Positions 19,658 through 29,739 of a stretch of DNA of 64,000 bases are shown here, in pieces (position 1 is the stretch's first letter; each line of letters starts with the position of its first letter). The stretch is taken from positions 41,070 to 105,069 of the forward strand of contig SJCO01000011.1 of assembly GCA_005217565.1 (NCBI GenBank). Direction: 5' to 3'. The DNA comes from Puteibacter caeruleilacunae (GTDB lineage: Bacteria; Bacteroidota; Bacteroidia; Bacteroidales; Prolixibacteraceae). The translations under genes and the position numbers were made by a program. The notes below the pieces were generated by a model, which had not been told where the DNA came from, ran no database searches, and was given only the letters and a program-made list of their open reading frames with translations.

Positions 19658-19694
19658 AAAAGCTTCATAAACGTTGATTTATGAAGCTTTTTTA
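19658..19694 (+). terminator. Rho-independent terminator (12-bp stem AAGCTTCATAAA / TTTATGAAGCTT plus T-run)
   Basis: Seen in the sequence, immediately 3' of tRNA-Leu. It is bidirectional with respect to the convergent lipoprotein gene. Confidence 0.7.
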
Positions 19695-19711
19695 TGATTC
19701 ATATATTGAAA

Positions 19712-20890
19712 TTATTCCTTCAACCGAGCAATCATAACTATTGGATTATCATTATCACAAATCTTCTTTTTCTTCCCATTATGGGTATAACTAAAATTAG
19801 GTGTTTCATAGGCATACAGCAGTCCCATAATTTCATTGTTATCTATACAAAACGGGTGTAAATTAGGACCATCATCAAGATCATTTATGATTCTACTTTC
19901 ATTAGCTCTATCTATGAGATTAAACAATCGATCTTCTTCCTTATTATACACTGCCCAATACCAAACATTATTCCCCATACATTGACACGCATAATGCAAC
20001 AAGAGATAGTTATTTAAATCAATTAAACTGTTAATTCGAAGATTATGTGGGGCTTGTACAACCTCCTTATATGGCATATTCAGTTTAATTCCATGAATTC
20101 CATAATTGATCATTCCAAACTTTCTCTTTTCCCAGGTAGCTGGATTCAAATGAAATAATGTATCATTAAAAGTCTCGTTATAGGCAATATTATATTTTCG
20201 CGAGAAACCAATTTGCACATAGTTATTTGCCACTTTTTCTTTTGAATAGTCCCTCAGCTTTGTAGTCTTAACTATTTTTAGTGAATCACCAGATGTATTT
20301 GTTACCAGAAAGCTGTACTGATCTTCGGCATTCCGGAATTGTGAATCGGGAATATACAATAGAATTCTATCATCCTGTAATTTCACTATACGAGAAGCCA
20401 GTTTGGGCAATGATACAACATTCACTAGCTCTCCTGATAGTTTATACTGAAGAATTCGTCCATAATCAAGGAGATAAACATACTCCTCATCCACATCGAA
20501 ATGGATAATTTTGCGATACTCTTTCGGTCCTCTACCCCTGTTCCCAATCTTGCTAAGAAACGTTCCATCCCTGTTAAAGACAAAGAGTTCACGATCCACC
20601 GTTCTTACAAATATACATGCACTATTCGCAGCCAGATTAACCACCTTTGAAATCAAACATTTATCGGAAGTTTCCAAAGGAATTACTGTTACGGAATCAG
20701 CAATTGCACTTAACGCTAAGGTATCTTGATTTGCAATATCCCTCTCTATATCAACGATAAAAAAGGGATTCCTTGAAATCTCTCTCTCCTTTGGACTTCG
20801 ATTGCATGAAATCAGATTGCACACAATCAATAGCAGTAATAGCAACGAGGATCGTTGCAAGAAGTTAATTGATAAATTTTTCATCATCAT
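19712..20890 (-). CDS. Lipoprotein, probably a beta-propeller protein of a Bacteroidetes-specific family
   Basis: Lipobox signal (LLLLLIVCNLISCN). The rest is a Tyr/Asn-rich repetitive beta-rich sequence. Confidence 0.5.
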   Translation of the reverse strand: MMMKNLSINFLQRSSLLLLLLIVCNLISCNRSPKEREISRNPFFIVDIERDIANQDTLALSAIADSVTVIPLETSDKCLISKVVNLAANSACIFVRTVDRELFVFNRDGTFLSKIGNRGRGPKEYRKIIHFDVDEEYVYLLDYGRILQYKLSGELVNVVSLPKLASRIVKLQDDRILLYIPDSQFRNAEDQYSFLVTNTSGDSLKIVKTTKLRDYSKEKVANNYVQIGFSRKYNIAYNETFNDTLFHLNPATWEKRKFGMINYGIHGIKLNMPYKEVVQAPHNLRINSLIDLNNYLLLHYACQCMGNNVWYWAVYNKEEDRLFNLIDRANESRIINDLDDGPNLHPFCIDNNEIMGLLYAYETPNFSYTHNGKKKKICDNDNPIVMIARLKE

Positions 20891-21081
20891 GTTTCAGCTG
20901 GATAATAGGTCAATTTTTAGATAATATCAACCGTCCTTTATCCATAACTATGCCATAATTTACTAAAACATTCGAATCCCGTTCTAATCCTTTGAAACAG
21001 GTAGGTTATCAACTATACATTTAACTCCAGGTATATAGCATAGGCCATTTATTTCCGCCCAGTAAAGCGGTAATACAACTT

Positions 21082-21345
21082 CTACATACCATATTTATTG
21101 ATGATCGATTTCAATTCAGTAGAATTATATTTCAATCCTTTACAGATAAATAATCGAATCCCTGAGTTTTGATAATCCTTGGAATACATATCCCTGTAAG
21201 ATTTTAATTCTTTCACTGATTCAAAAAACTGGAGCCAGAATTTTTCACTGAGATTGTATTCTCCAACAGCAATAATGACTTTATCATTTCCAAATTCAGG
21301 CAACCAATCATAGTAGCAACTAGTCATAGAAATTCTCTCAAACAC
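21082..21345 (-). CDS. Hypothetical protein (87 aa)
   Basis: ORF only. I see no recognisable motif. Confidence 0.25.
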   Translation of the reverse strand: MFERISMTSCYYDWLPEFGNDKVIIAVGEYNLSEKFWLQFFESVKELKSYRDMYSKDYQNSGIRLFICKGLKYNSTELKSIINKYGM

Positions 21346-21386
21346 ATGAAAAGCAATTTAAGGATTAATATTATAGGTGAGTTAAA

Positions 21387-21425
21387 GGCAAAAAGAAAGG
21401 CTGCCCGGGAAGGACAGCCTTTTTA
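21387..21425 (-). terminator. Terminator of the V-ATPase operon (AAAGGCTGCCC…GGACAGCCTTT hairpin, with T-runs on both sides)
   Basis: Seen in the sequence, downstream of the K-subunit stop. Confidence 0.6.
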
Positions 21426-21447
21426 TTTCGTATTCAACGTACTTGCA

Positions 21448-21918
21448 TTATGCAGTTGGGATTCCACCCATACCAAATACCATTGCAAGAAGAGCAACAG
21501 TCTCGATGATACCCATAGCTGCGATATACATACCTGAACCTTGCTTGTCATCAACTGCCAAGTTAGCACAAGCTGCCGCACCAACTCTACCCTGCATGAT
21601 AGCTGAAGCAGCAATTGCGATACCTACAAAGAAAGCCCAAATCATCTGATTTGTATAGCTATCTGGATTAAGGTTAGCTCCAGCCATTGCGTTCATGAAG
21701 ATCATACCATAGATTACCTGACTCAAAGGCATACCAACCATTGCTAATGCCAATGCTGGAAGTTTCTTTCCTTCTTTAATCGATTGTTTCCATAATCCTA
21801 ACGCACCCATTCCTGCAATTCCTGTTCCGATTGCAGATCCTACACCTGCGATTCCTAATGCGATAGCGTGTCCTCCAAAACCTGTTACTACAGTTGCTAA
21901 AATTGTTGATAAAGTCAT
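21448..21918 (-). CDS. atpK: V-type ATP synthase subunit K (proteolipid)
   Basis: Gly/Ala-rich double-hairpin proteolipid of 156 aa. Confidence 0.9.
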   Translation of the reverse strand: MTLSTILATVVTGFGGHAIALGIAGVGSAIGTGIAGMGALGLWKQSIKEGKKLPALALAMVGMPLSQVIYGMIFMNAMAGANLNPDSYTNQMIWAFFVGIAIAASAIMQGRVGAAACANLAVDDKQGSGMYIAAMGIIETVALLAMVFGMGGIPTA

Positions 21919-21942
21919 TGTATTAAATTTTATAAGATTTTT

Positions 21943-23814
21943 TTATTTTTTGTCTTTCTTTATTTCTTTTTCTGGCTCAGTTTCTGAGTCTCCTTCTTTT
22001 CCTTTAAGCTTAAATGGCTCGTATTCACTACCCGAAAATTCAACTCCGGCATGTCCGGCATATTCAAGCATATTCAAACGAACACCATGTACAAGTACTG
22101 CCATTGCAGCAAGTCCCATGTTTAGTGCGTGTCCCAATAGCAATACAATCGCCGCTACAATACCCGATGCGAGTGTTGAAACTCCATCACCAATAGCCAT
22201 CTCATTAAAACTAGCTGCCATCAGTACGGTAGATAAACCAACCGCATATAATCGGATATATGAGATGATGTCTGAAAAGCCATTAATAATGCTCAATGGT
22301 AAACTTCCAATTGACGATAAAACGCCTTTAAAGAAGCTTGCCCCAGGTTTCGAGAAGAAAGCAATTAAAGCTGATCCCCCAATGAATAGCCATACCATGA
22401 AACCTGGTGCCTCAATACCCAATACCATTTGATTAACGATAAGGTATAAGCCCCACACAATAGCAACCCATCCTAACTGAGCTATAGCTTTTACACTATT
22501 ACTATATCGCCAAGCTCTCTGTAGGTGTCCAAGTGTTAAATGCACGGCTCCAATTAGGAACATTATCTGCTGTACGAAGATATTGTCTCCTCCGAAACTC
22601 GCAAGCTGCTCAACCTTCAATTCTCTTAAGACTGGAAGATTAGCTAACGATTCTGCACCGAAATAAGTTCCGGTAAGAATACCCCAGAACATGATAGAAG
22701 CAGATAGCGTATACATAAGTTGAAAATCAACTCTCTTCACAAACTTCTTCTTGCGGTGTACCAGGAAGGTAATAAGCATAAATAGCAAACCATAACCTGC
22801 ATCACCTACAAGTATACCTGTAAAGAAAGTAAAGAAGATCATAAACGTTTTAGAAACGTCCAACTCTTTGTATCCAGGAACGAGTCCCATAAAGTTCATC
22901 ACAGGGCGAATTCTTTCTACCCAACCTGAAGAACGAACAAGTGTTGGTACCTCATCTACCTCTTCCGGAGAAGGATCTTCAATTACATATCCCCAGCTCT
23001 TTTCATCAGCTACCTCGATAACCTTAGCTACCGTGTCTTCCGGAATAAAACCTTTCCAGCATCGAACCTGACTCTCAATTGCATATCCACCATAAAGCAC
23101 ATTACGCACATCATAGCGTCGATTACGCTCCACAAGGGCCTCTTCCAATAAACTCTTTTGACCATGCAACTGCACCAGAAGCTGGTTATTTTCATCAAGA
23201 CTTTGCTGAGTTTGAATCAATAGATCAGCCAATTCATCAGATGCGAATCTAGGTAAATTTACTTCCTCAAATGCTAACATTTCATCAGCATCCTCTGACA
23301 GTAAAAGCACCTGATTTGCGTCATCAAGTTTACCCATCAGCTGGATATCTTTACGATCACTGATATTCTTAAGATCACGATCTGCAATAAGATATAAGCG
23401 TACAAACACACCTTTTTCGCGAAGAACCTCAATGTCGGTCGAAGAAACACTGCCCCAGCCTTTATACCACTGATCAGCGCTTTTCGCCTCCTCTAGCTTT
23501 TGCTCCAGTTTAATGCGTGTATTCTCAGCATCCAGTACCTTCTCCATCATCTCGATTTCTCCACGCTCAATTGTAGCGTAATCAACCTCTAATGATGAAT
23601 CAGCACCTGTTTGCTGATCATAACGCTCAAGAATAGCAATAGCCTTCTCTAGCTGTTTAATACGAGCATCAACTCGCTCAATTGAGGCATCCTTTGCAGG
23701 CTGAAACGGCTTTACATGCATCACTCCCAGTTGACCTAACAACGTTAGATCAGCATCGATATCCGCCGCAGAGTCGGACATAAAGAGCAATAGCTTTTTC
23801 ATTTTCGTTATCAT
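21943..23814 (-). CDS. atpI: V-type ATP synthase subunit I (a-subunit)
   Basis: 623 aa with a soluble coiled-coil N-terminal half and a multi-TM C-terminal half. It sits between the K and D subunits. Confidence 0.85.
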   Translation of the reverse strand: MITKMKKLLLFMSDSAADIDADLTLLGQLGVMHVKPFQPAKDASIERVDARIKQLEKAIAILERYDQQTGADSSLEVDYATIERGEIEMMEKVLDAENTRIKLEQKLEEAKSADQWYKGWGSVSSTDIEVLREKGVFVRLYLIADRDLKNISDRKDIQLMGKLDDANQVLLLSEDADEMLAFEEVNLPRFASDELADLLIQTQQSLDENNQLLVQLHGQKSLLEEALVERNRRYDVRNVLYGGYAIESQVRCWKGFIPEDTVAKVIEVADEKSWGYVIEDPSPEEVDEVPTLVRSSGWVERIRPVMNFMGLVPGYKELDVSKTFMIFFTFFTGILVGDAGYGLLFMLITFLVHRKKKFVKRVDFQLMYTLSASIMFWGILTGTYFGAESLANLPVLRELKVEQLASFGGDNIFVQQIMFLIGAVHLTLGHLQRAWRYSNSVKAIAQLGWVAIVWGLYLIVNQMVLGIEAPGFMVWLFIGGSALIAFFSKPGASFFKGVLSSIGSLPLSIINGFSDIISYIRLYAVGLSTVLMAASFNEMAIGDGVSTLASGIVAAIVLLLGHALNMGLAAMAVLVHGVRLNMLEYAGHAGVEFSGSEYEPFKLKGKEGDSETEPEKEIKKDKK

Positions 23815-24416
23815 ACCCTAGCCTCCTTTTGTGTTTGTTTCACAACCTTAGCTGTAGCAATAGTAAGACGTTCGTCATCCTGAAGTTTCTGTCCGATCTT
23901 ACGGATTGCCATTTTAGCGTTAGGAATACGGCGCTTTTCGAATAATTTCACACGTGCACGCACATCCAGAAGTTCTTCTTCAAGTAGTTCTATCTGTTCT
24001 TCCAAACACGTTATCTCAGCCAGAAGTTGTAGTTGTTCCTGCATCAGCTCCAAAGCGTCGTCAACCCAAAGAGGAGTATCCTCACCGATAGGCATAACAT
24101 TAAAATCAACGCTTTCATACTGTTTCACACGAACACCAGCAACATCAATAGATTTTGTGATTATCTGGTTCACCGAAATAAACTCATTGATATCCACCGT
24201 TGAATCGCTCATTACAGCCACCCATGGTTCTGCTTTTTTTCGGTTTTCCTCAATCGTCTCCCGAAGCTGTTCAATTCTTTCAGCAATAGTATTAATGGTA
24301 GCCATTAATGATTTCTCCATCGCTTCAAACAGAGGCAACATCCTTTCCGATACTTTCAATATCTTCTTTTGACGCGCCCGCTCGGTCTTCGTGTATTTAA
24401 TTTTCACTCCTGCCAT
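23811..24416 (-). CDS. atpD: V-type ATP synthase subunit D
   Basis: 201-aa coiled-coil protein in the operon position of the D subunit. The N-terminal pattern K..Y.KT…ERMLP resembles Bacteroides AtpD. Confidence 0.75.
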   Translation of the reverse strand: MAGVKIKYTKTERARQKKILKVSERMLPLFEAMEKSLMATINTIAERIEQLRETIEENRKKAEPWVAVMSDSTVDINEFISVNQIITKSIDVAGVRVKQYESVDFNVMPIGEDTPLWVDDALELMQEQLQLLAEITCLEEQIELLEEELLDVRARVKLFEKRRIPNAKMAIRKIGQKLQDDERLTIATAKVVKQTQKEARV

Positions 24417-24915
24417 CGTCTTTCTCTTTTTTAGATGGATTTACTACAGAAGCTAAAATCTGTGCACCTTTCTTTTCATCAAATGAATGTAGTCGGTTTA
24501 AGATTTGCAGTTTCAGCTTGTACACCATCACTTCGGTTAAAGTGAATGTTTTACCTGATTCTATAGAATCCAATTCCTCCCATTGCCACTGAAGGATGAG
24601 TTTTTCGCGTTCTAAAGGATTAAGAGCAGACAATGACTTAGGAAGTTTCGCCATTTGAGGTTGACGATTTTGCGCCTTAGCACTTCGGATTTCCGAAATA
24701 TCTTGTTGCACATCAGCCAACATCTCTGCAATACTTTTAAGTCCTGCCTTCTTTTCACTATTTATTTTGCCAAGCTCCACCAATTCAAGTAAGCGAAAAT
24801 GCCTAGATGAAAGTTGGCTTTTGGCATCGCTATTAAACTCATCAAGCGATATAGGAGGTACCTTATCAAAAGTCAACGATGGCAAACTGCACATTAGATA
24901 TACCACGTTAGACAT
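24397..24915 (-). CDS. V-ATPase-associated hypothetical protein (DUF2764-like)
   Basis: 172 aa and embedded in the V-ATPase operon. Bacteroides V-ATPase operons carry a DUF2764 gene. Confidence 0.4.
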   Translation of the reverse strand: MSNVVYLMCSLPSLTFDKVPPISLDEFNSDAKSQLSSRHFRLLELVELGKINSEKKAGLKSIAEMLADVQQDISEIRSAKAQNRQPQMAKLPKSLSALNPLEREKLILQWQWEELDSIESGKTFTLTEVMVYKLKLQILNRLHSFDEKKGAQILASVVNPSKKEKDDGRSEN

Positions 24916-24917
24916 AA

Positions 24918-25517
24918 CTAGGCCTCCTCTGTTTTCGTGATTCTTTCAACCAAATCTTTATTCAATAGTGCGAACAGTCCATCTTTCACATCCTCTGAAC
25001 TAAGAACAAACTGTACACCTTTATTTTCAGCAGAATTAACCTCAATTTTTGCACTGTTATCTGCAAGAGGTTTCAACTCGATTTGCTCTGATAACCCTTG
25101 CTTTAAAAGGTAAGCATTCATTGCTGATTCCAATTCAGCAGGCACTTTTACCGTTTTATTTCCAGAAATTGTTTCCACAACAACCTTCAACAACTCTTGT
25201 AAATATTGCTCTTGTCTGAATAAGTTATCACACTGAACACCAAATACTGATTTCATGTAATTCAATACTGAAACCTTAGTTGCCTCAACCATATCACGAG
25301 AAGCCTGTGCAATAGCCATTTCAGCATTCTTTTCAGTCTGCTCAGCCTTCGTCTTAGCCTCTTCAATGATTTGATTTTTTTGAGCCTCTGCATCAGCAAG
25401 AAGTTCTTTTGCTTGTTGCTTGGCTGACTCGATAATGCGTTGCTTCTCTTCTTCGCCAGCCTGTATTCCTTGTTGTTTCAACTTGGAAACAATTCCTTCC
25501 AAATTTTCTTTATTCAT
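24918..25517 (-). CDS. atpE: V-type ATP synthase subunit E-like (peripheral stalk)
   Basis: 199 aa with a highly charged coiled-coil N-terminus (EEEKQRIIESAKQQAKELLADAEAQK). Confidence 0.65.
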   Translation of the reverse strand: MNKENLEGIVSKLKQQGIQAGEEEKQRIIESAKQQAKELLADAEAQKNQIIEEAKTKAEQTEKNAEMAIAQASRDMVEATKVSVLNYMKSVFGVQCDNLFRQEQYLQELLKVVVETISGNKTVKVPAELESAMNAYLLKQGLSEQIELKPLADNSAKIEVNSAENKGVQFVLSSEDVKDGLFALLNKDLVERITKTEEA

Positions 25518-25543
25518 GTTTCTTTTCTTGATTACGTTAGCAA

Positions 25544-26854
25544 TTAATTCTTATGCCAGTACTGCTCAATCAACTTCTTACTAAGACCAGTCTCAGTAGG
25601 TTCGAAGTGTCTTCTCAATATGTCCCAACACTTATCAAGAGCTGCCTCAAGTTCGATAGGCTCTCCGAAAGGTTCTTCCATATTTTCAATAAAATCAGTT
25701 CTATAACGAAGAAGTTTTTGCGAGTATGGGTCATTTGCAGCACCAACCTCAGCTGCCTCGTAAGCTTTTTCAGCATCTGCAAGCAATGAAGCCATCGCGG
25801 TCATAATTGGTCTATGATCATCTCTGGTGTCATCATTTACCTGCTGCTTTAAACGTGAAAGAGAACGAGCAAGTTTCAATTTACCATTATCAAGGAAGAA
25901 CTGTCCCTCTGTAATATAACCAGTGTTATCAGGGACAGGATCTTCAAGTGATTCAAGTGTGGTTGCACCAATAATAGTAATAGAACCAGCACCCTCTATA
26001 TCGGCAGCAACCTCATAACGCTTAGCCAATTCAGAGTACAATGATCCAGGATAACCCTGCAATGAAGGAATCATATCCTGATAGTTAGCTACGTTACGCA
26101 AGATATTCGACCAGTTAGTCATATCTGTTAGAAGCACCAACACGTCTTTACCCTCATCACCAAATTCACGAGCAACACTTAATGCCACGTCAGGCAACAT
26201 TAAACCTTTAATCTGTGAATCACCAGCAAGGTGAGTAAACATGATAGTTTTATCGATATTACCCGACTGAGAAAGCTGCTCTTTGAAGTACTGATACTCA
26301 TCAAATTTCAAACCGATACCAGCAAAGATGATAACATCCGCCTGAGCTCCCTGAGCAATCTGAGATAACAAACGGTTATATGGTTCTGTTGGTCCCGCAA
26401 AGATTGGAATCTTCTGTGATTTTACCAACGTATTAAATACATCAATCATAGGAATACCAGTCCACAATGGCTGCTTAGGAACCAAACGAACAGTAGGATT
26501 AAGTGTATCCAAACGAGTAGATACCTGTTTTTCCATAATTACATCAGGACCTCCATCTGCAACATTTCCTACACCATCGAAACTACGTCCTAGCATATTA
26601 TGCGAGAATCCAGCAGTCAATGGTACTTCATGCATTCTGATTTTTGTCTTTGTGCTTAATCCTTGAGTTCCATTAAACACCTGGAAACGGGTAGAATCTT
26701 CTGTAATATTAATGGCCTTAGCAAACGACAGACTTTGGTTATTATCTGCGTTCAACAATTCCACAACGTGGTTCAGAGCAACTCCCGGATTTCCTTCTAC
26801 CGAAATTAGAGCTTTTCCAACTTCACTAATTCTATTTATTTCTTTCCGTATCAT
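25544..26854 (-). CDS. atpB: V-type ATP synthase subunit B
   Basis: 436 aa non-catalytic alpha/beta-type subunit. Confidence 0.9.
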   Translation of the reverse strand: MIRKEINRISEVGKALISVEGNPGVALNHVVELLNADNNQSLSFAKAINITEDSTRFQVFNGTQGLSTKTKIRMHEVPLTAGFSHNMLGRSFDGVGNVADGGPDVIMEKQVSTRLDTLNPTVRLVPKQPLWTGIPMIDVFNTLVKSQKIPIFAGPTEPYNRLLSQIAQGAQADVIIFAGIGLKFDEYQYFKEQLSQSGNIDKTIMFTHLAGDSQIKGLMLPDVALSVAREFGDEGKDVLVLLTDMTNWSNILRNVANYQDMIPSLQGYPGSLYSELAKRYEVAADIEGAGSITIIGATTLESLEDPVPDNTGYITEGQFFLDNGKLKLARSLSRLKQQVNDDTRDDHRPIMTAMASLLADAEKAYEAAEVGAANDPYSQKLLRYRTDFIENMEEPFGEPIELEAALDKCWDILRRHFEPTETGLSKKLIEQYWHKN

Positions 26855-28623
26855 AATGCAGAATCTTCTTGTAAAATAAATTGTTCAATTTTTCCTGGTA
26901 GTACTGCAATTTCTTCTTCCGATTGTGCAACACCATTCCAGTCTCTCCACCACTGACGTAATTCATCAAATTTAGACTTGATCATCTCTTTCACTTCCTC
27001 ATCTTCCATTCCGTTATGAGCGAATTGAATAGATCCATCAATAAGTTTCTGAACCGCCTCATTAATAACATGTAGTCGGTCAGGACGAGTACACGCATCT
27101 ACTTTGTGGAAAGCATTTTGTTGAAGAACACAGAAGTCGATCGTCAATCCTTTTTGGAATAAGATATACTTTTCAACTGGTACTTTCTTCAAACCAATAG
27201 TACTAATCGTTTGATCGATACCATTAGCTTCGTGCAACGTTTGCAACATTGTCTGACGGTCTTTCCATGAAATGAAACTGTCATATACTGAAGAAGTATA
27301 AGCCAATGGATCAATTGCTGGATACTTTTTCGCATCGGCACGATCCTGAGATAATCCCCAGAAGCCTCCGGTAGCATCCATGGTAGCCTGAGTAACTGGC
27401 TCCTGGAAGTTACCACCTGCAGGTGATACTGTACCGATAAATGTTAATGAACCACCTGTTCCAGCGTCAGCACCTGCGCGCTGATACATACCTTTAATCT
27501 GATCAGGGATATCCATTGGGAAGGCCTCTGGTCCTGGGATATCACCCTGGCGACCACTACGCTCACGAAGTGCCTGTGCCCAACGAGAAGTTGAGTCGGC
27601 CAACATCACAACGTTAAATCCTTGATACCTATAATATTCACCTACAGTAAGTGCAATAAATACTGATGCCTCACGAGCAGCAACCGGCATAGAACTAGTA
27701 TTACCGAAAATACACATCCTATTCATCAACGATTCACCAGTTGAAGGATCGTCAAGTTCTGCAAAGTCTTTAAATACCTCTACAGCCTCACCTGCACGCT
27801 CACCACAAGCAGCCATGATAATAATATCAGCAACGGCATACTTACACAAAGCATGCTGCAATACAGTTTTTCCTGCACCGAAAGGCCCTGGGTTTCCAAC
27901 AGTACCTCCATATCCAACAGGAGCCAAAAGATCGATTACACGTACACCTGTTGAGATTGTCTCACTAGGAATTGCTCTTTCTTTGAAAGGAATTGGCGAT
28001 TTCACAGCCTGACGGAAAGCCATCTTTAATTCATGACGCTGCTCCAATTCATCAATAACAACAGCAACAACCTCGGTGATATTTATCGAACTCTTCTCGA
28101 TTATGCTATCTACACGGCACTTACCATAGTCGAATGGTACCAATACTTTATGCTCAAAACGACCTTCAGGCACCCAACCGATAGTATCTCCACCAGAAAC
28201 AACATCTCCTACTTTAGCAGTTGGAGTAAAGTCCCAAAGTTTCTCAATATCCAATGCCGGAGCAGTCATTCCAGGTTGCAAATAAGGATCTGTCTCTCCC
28301 AACTTATACAATGGATTCTGCAATCCATCCCAGATACTTGTCAACAAACCAGGTCCCAACAATACTGACAATGGAGTACCTTTAAATACTACTTCATCAC
28401 CAATTTGAGCACCAGTCAAATCTTCAAATACCTGCATCTCTACCAAACCTGCATCTGCATTTTTTGGATCCGGTTCAATCTGTAACACCTCTGCTTGAAG
28501 CAGTTTGCCATCAACCGAAATTTCAGCGGTTTCACCCATTATTACGTCATCATAGAAACGTGCTTTTACCAACGAGTCCTGAATAGCAATAAGAGTTCCT
28601 GTCCTCCTTTTTTTATTATTCAT
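26851..28623 (-). CDS. atpA: V-type ATP synthase catalytic subunit A
   Basis: P-loop GPFGAGKT, 590 aa. Confidence 0.92.
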   Translation of the reverse strand: MNNKKRRTGTLIAIQDSLVKARFYDDVIMGETAEISVDGKLLQAEVLQIEPDPKNADAGLVEMQVFEDLTGAQIGDEVVFKGTPLSVLLGPGLLTSIWDGLQNPLYKLGETDPYLQPGMTAPALDIEKLWDFTPTAKVGDVVSGGDTIGWVPEGRFEHKVLVPFDYGKCRVDSIIEKSSINITEVVAVVIDELEQRHELKMAFRQAVKSPIPFKERAIPSETISTGVRVIDLLAPVGYGGTVGNPGPFGAGKTVLQHALCKYAVADIIIMAACGERAGEAVEVFKDFAELDDPSTGESLMNRMCIFGNTSSMPVAAREASVFIALTVGEYYRYQGFNVVMLADSTSRWAQALRERSGRQGDIPGPEAFPMDIPDQIKGMYQRAGADAGTGGSLTFIGTVSPAGGNFQEPVTQATMDATGGFWGLSQDRADAKKYPAIDPLAYTSSVYDSFISWKDRQTMLQTLHEANGIDQTISTIGLKKVPVEKYILFQKGLTIDFCVLQQNAFHKVDACTRPDRLHVINEAVQKLIDGSIQFAHNGMEDEEVKEMIKSKFDELRQWWRDWNGVAQSEEEIAVLPGKIEQFILQEDSAL

Positions 28624-28769
28624 GATACTTGTTTAATTATATTCGTTTAGGAAACCCATTTTAATTCTTTTACAAATAAAATGTGTTAACGTGTATATAT
28701 TATTTTTAGTTTTCTGATTTATAGCGGGTAACATATTTATCGGTCTTTCCATTTCTCTTACTTATCAAA

Positions 28770-29336
28770 TTACTTCATTATTCCATTAAACACTGTACCC
28801 AATACCTCATCCATCTCCTTCTTGAATTCTGTTTTATCGCAGCAATTACACAAATAATGATCAACCAAGGCATTAATAATTTTAAGAACTGTAGAAGGTT
28901 CAACATCATGCTTTAGATATCCTTCCTCCTTACCTTTCTGGAAGAAACGAATAAAAACATCGCGATGCTTCTCCATCTCTTCATCATCCATTTCTTTAAT
29001 TCGTGGATATTCAGTTCTAAGTTCCTGTATACTATTAATAGTATAGTCATCGAAACTTCGAATAATCATTTCGCTTAAATTATTAAGTAAAACCGGAAAT
29101 GGTTTATCACTTTGAAGATATTTATTGATTCGGCTAATCTCCGATTGGAAGCTTTCATAGTTTAATTTGTATAAAAGCTTTTCCTTGTTCCCAATGATCT
29201 TGTACAAGGTTCGTTTCGACATTTTGCATTCGCGGGCCAGGTCATTCATCGTCCATCCCTTAACACCATCCCTAAGCAACAACTCCTTTGTCTTTTCGAA
29301 CACTTGTTCCTCAACTGTAATGTCTCCTACTTTCAT
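28770..29336 (-). CDS. TetR/AcrR-family transcriptional regulator
   Basis: N-terminal HTH (WTMNDLARECKMSKRTLYKII), 188 aa. Confidence 0.75.
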   Translation of the reverse strand: MKVGDITVEEQVFEKTKELLLRDGVKGWTMNDLARECKMSKRTLYKIIGNKEKLLYKLNYESFQSEISRINKYLQSDKPFPVLLNNLSEMIIRSFDDYTINSIQELRTEYPRIKEMDDEEMEKHRDVFIRFFQKGKEEGYLKHDVEPSTVLKIINALVDHYLCNCCDKTEFKKEMDEVLGTVFNGIMK

Positions 29337-29739
29337 TCAAAACAATCTTTAAGTAAACCGATTTCATTACGCCAGTTTACCTCTACAAAACTAATTTGTT
29401 TTTTAATATTTCCAACTGAAAATTCAATTTATTCATGTTATTTTCAAAATATTAACATTTCAAATAAACCATCCTTTTCAGTCTACAACGGCGTGCCAGC
29501 CTGCGATAACCGTACCAAGATACAATAAAACACTTGTTTAAACAATAATTCCTACTAACAAACTGTTTCAAAGCTTCTTTTAATTTACCTTTTCCTGATT
29601 TACATCCTTCAGCAACTGTTTTCTACCTATGCACTTTCGCTCAAGTGGGCGAAAACAACTACGCATTTCCGCCAATTTTGTTCAAAAAAAGTCAAAAAGA
29701 TCCTCATTAGTACATCAAAATCAACCACTTTTTACTGAT

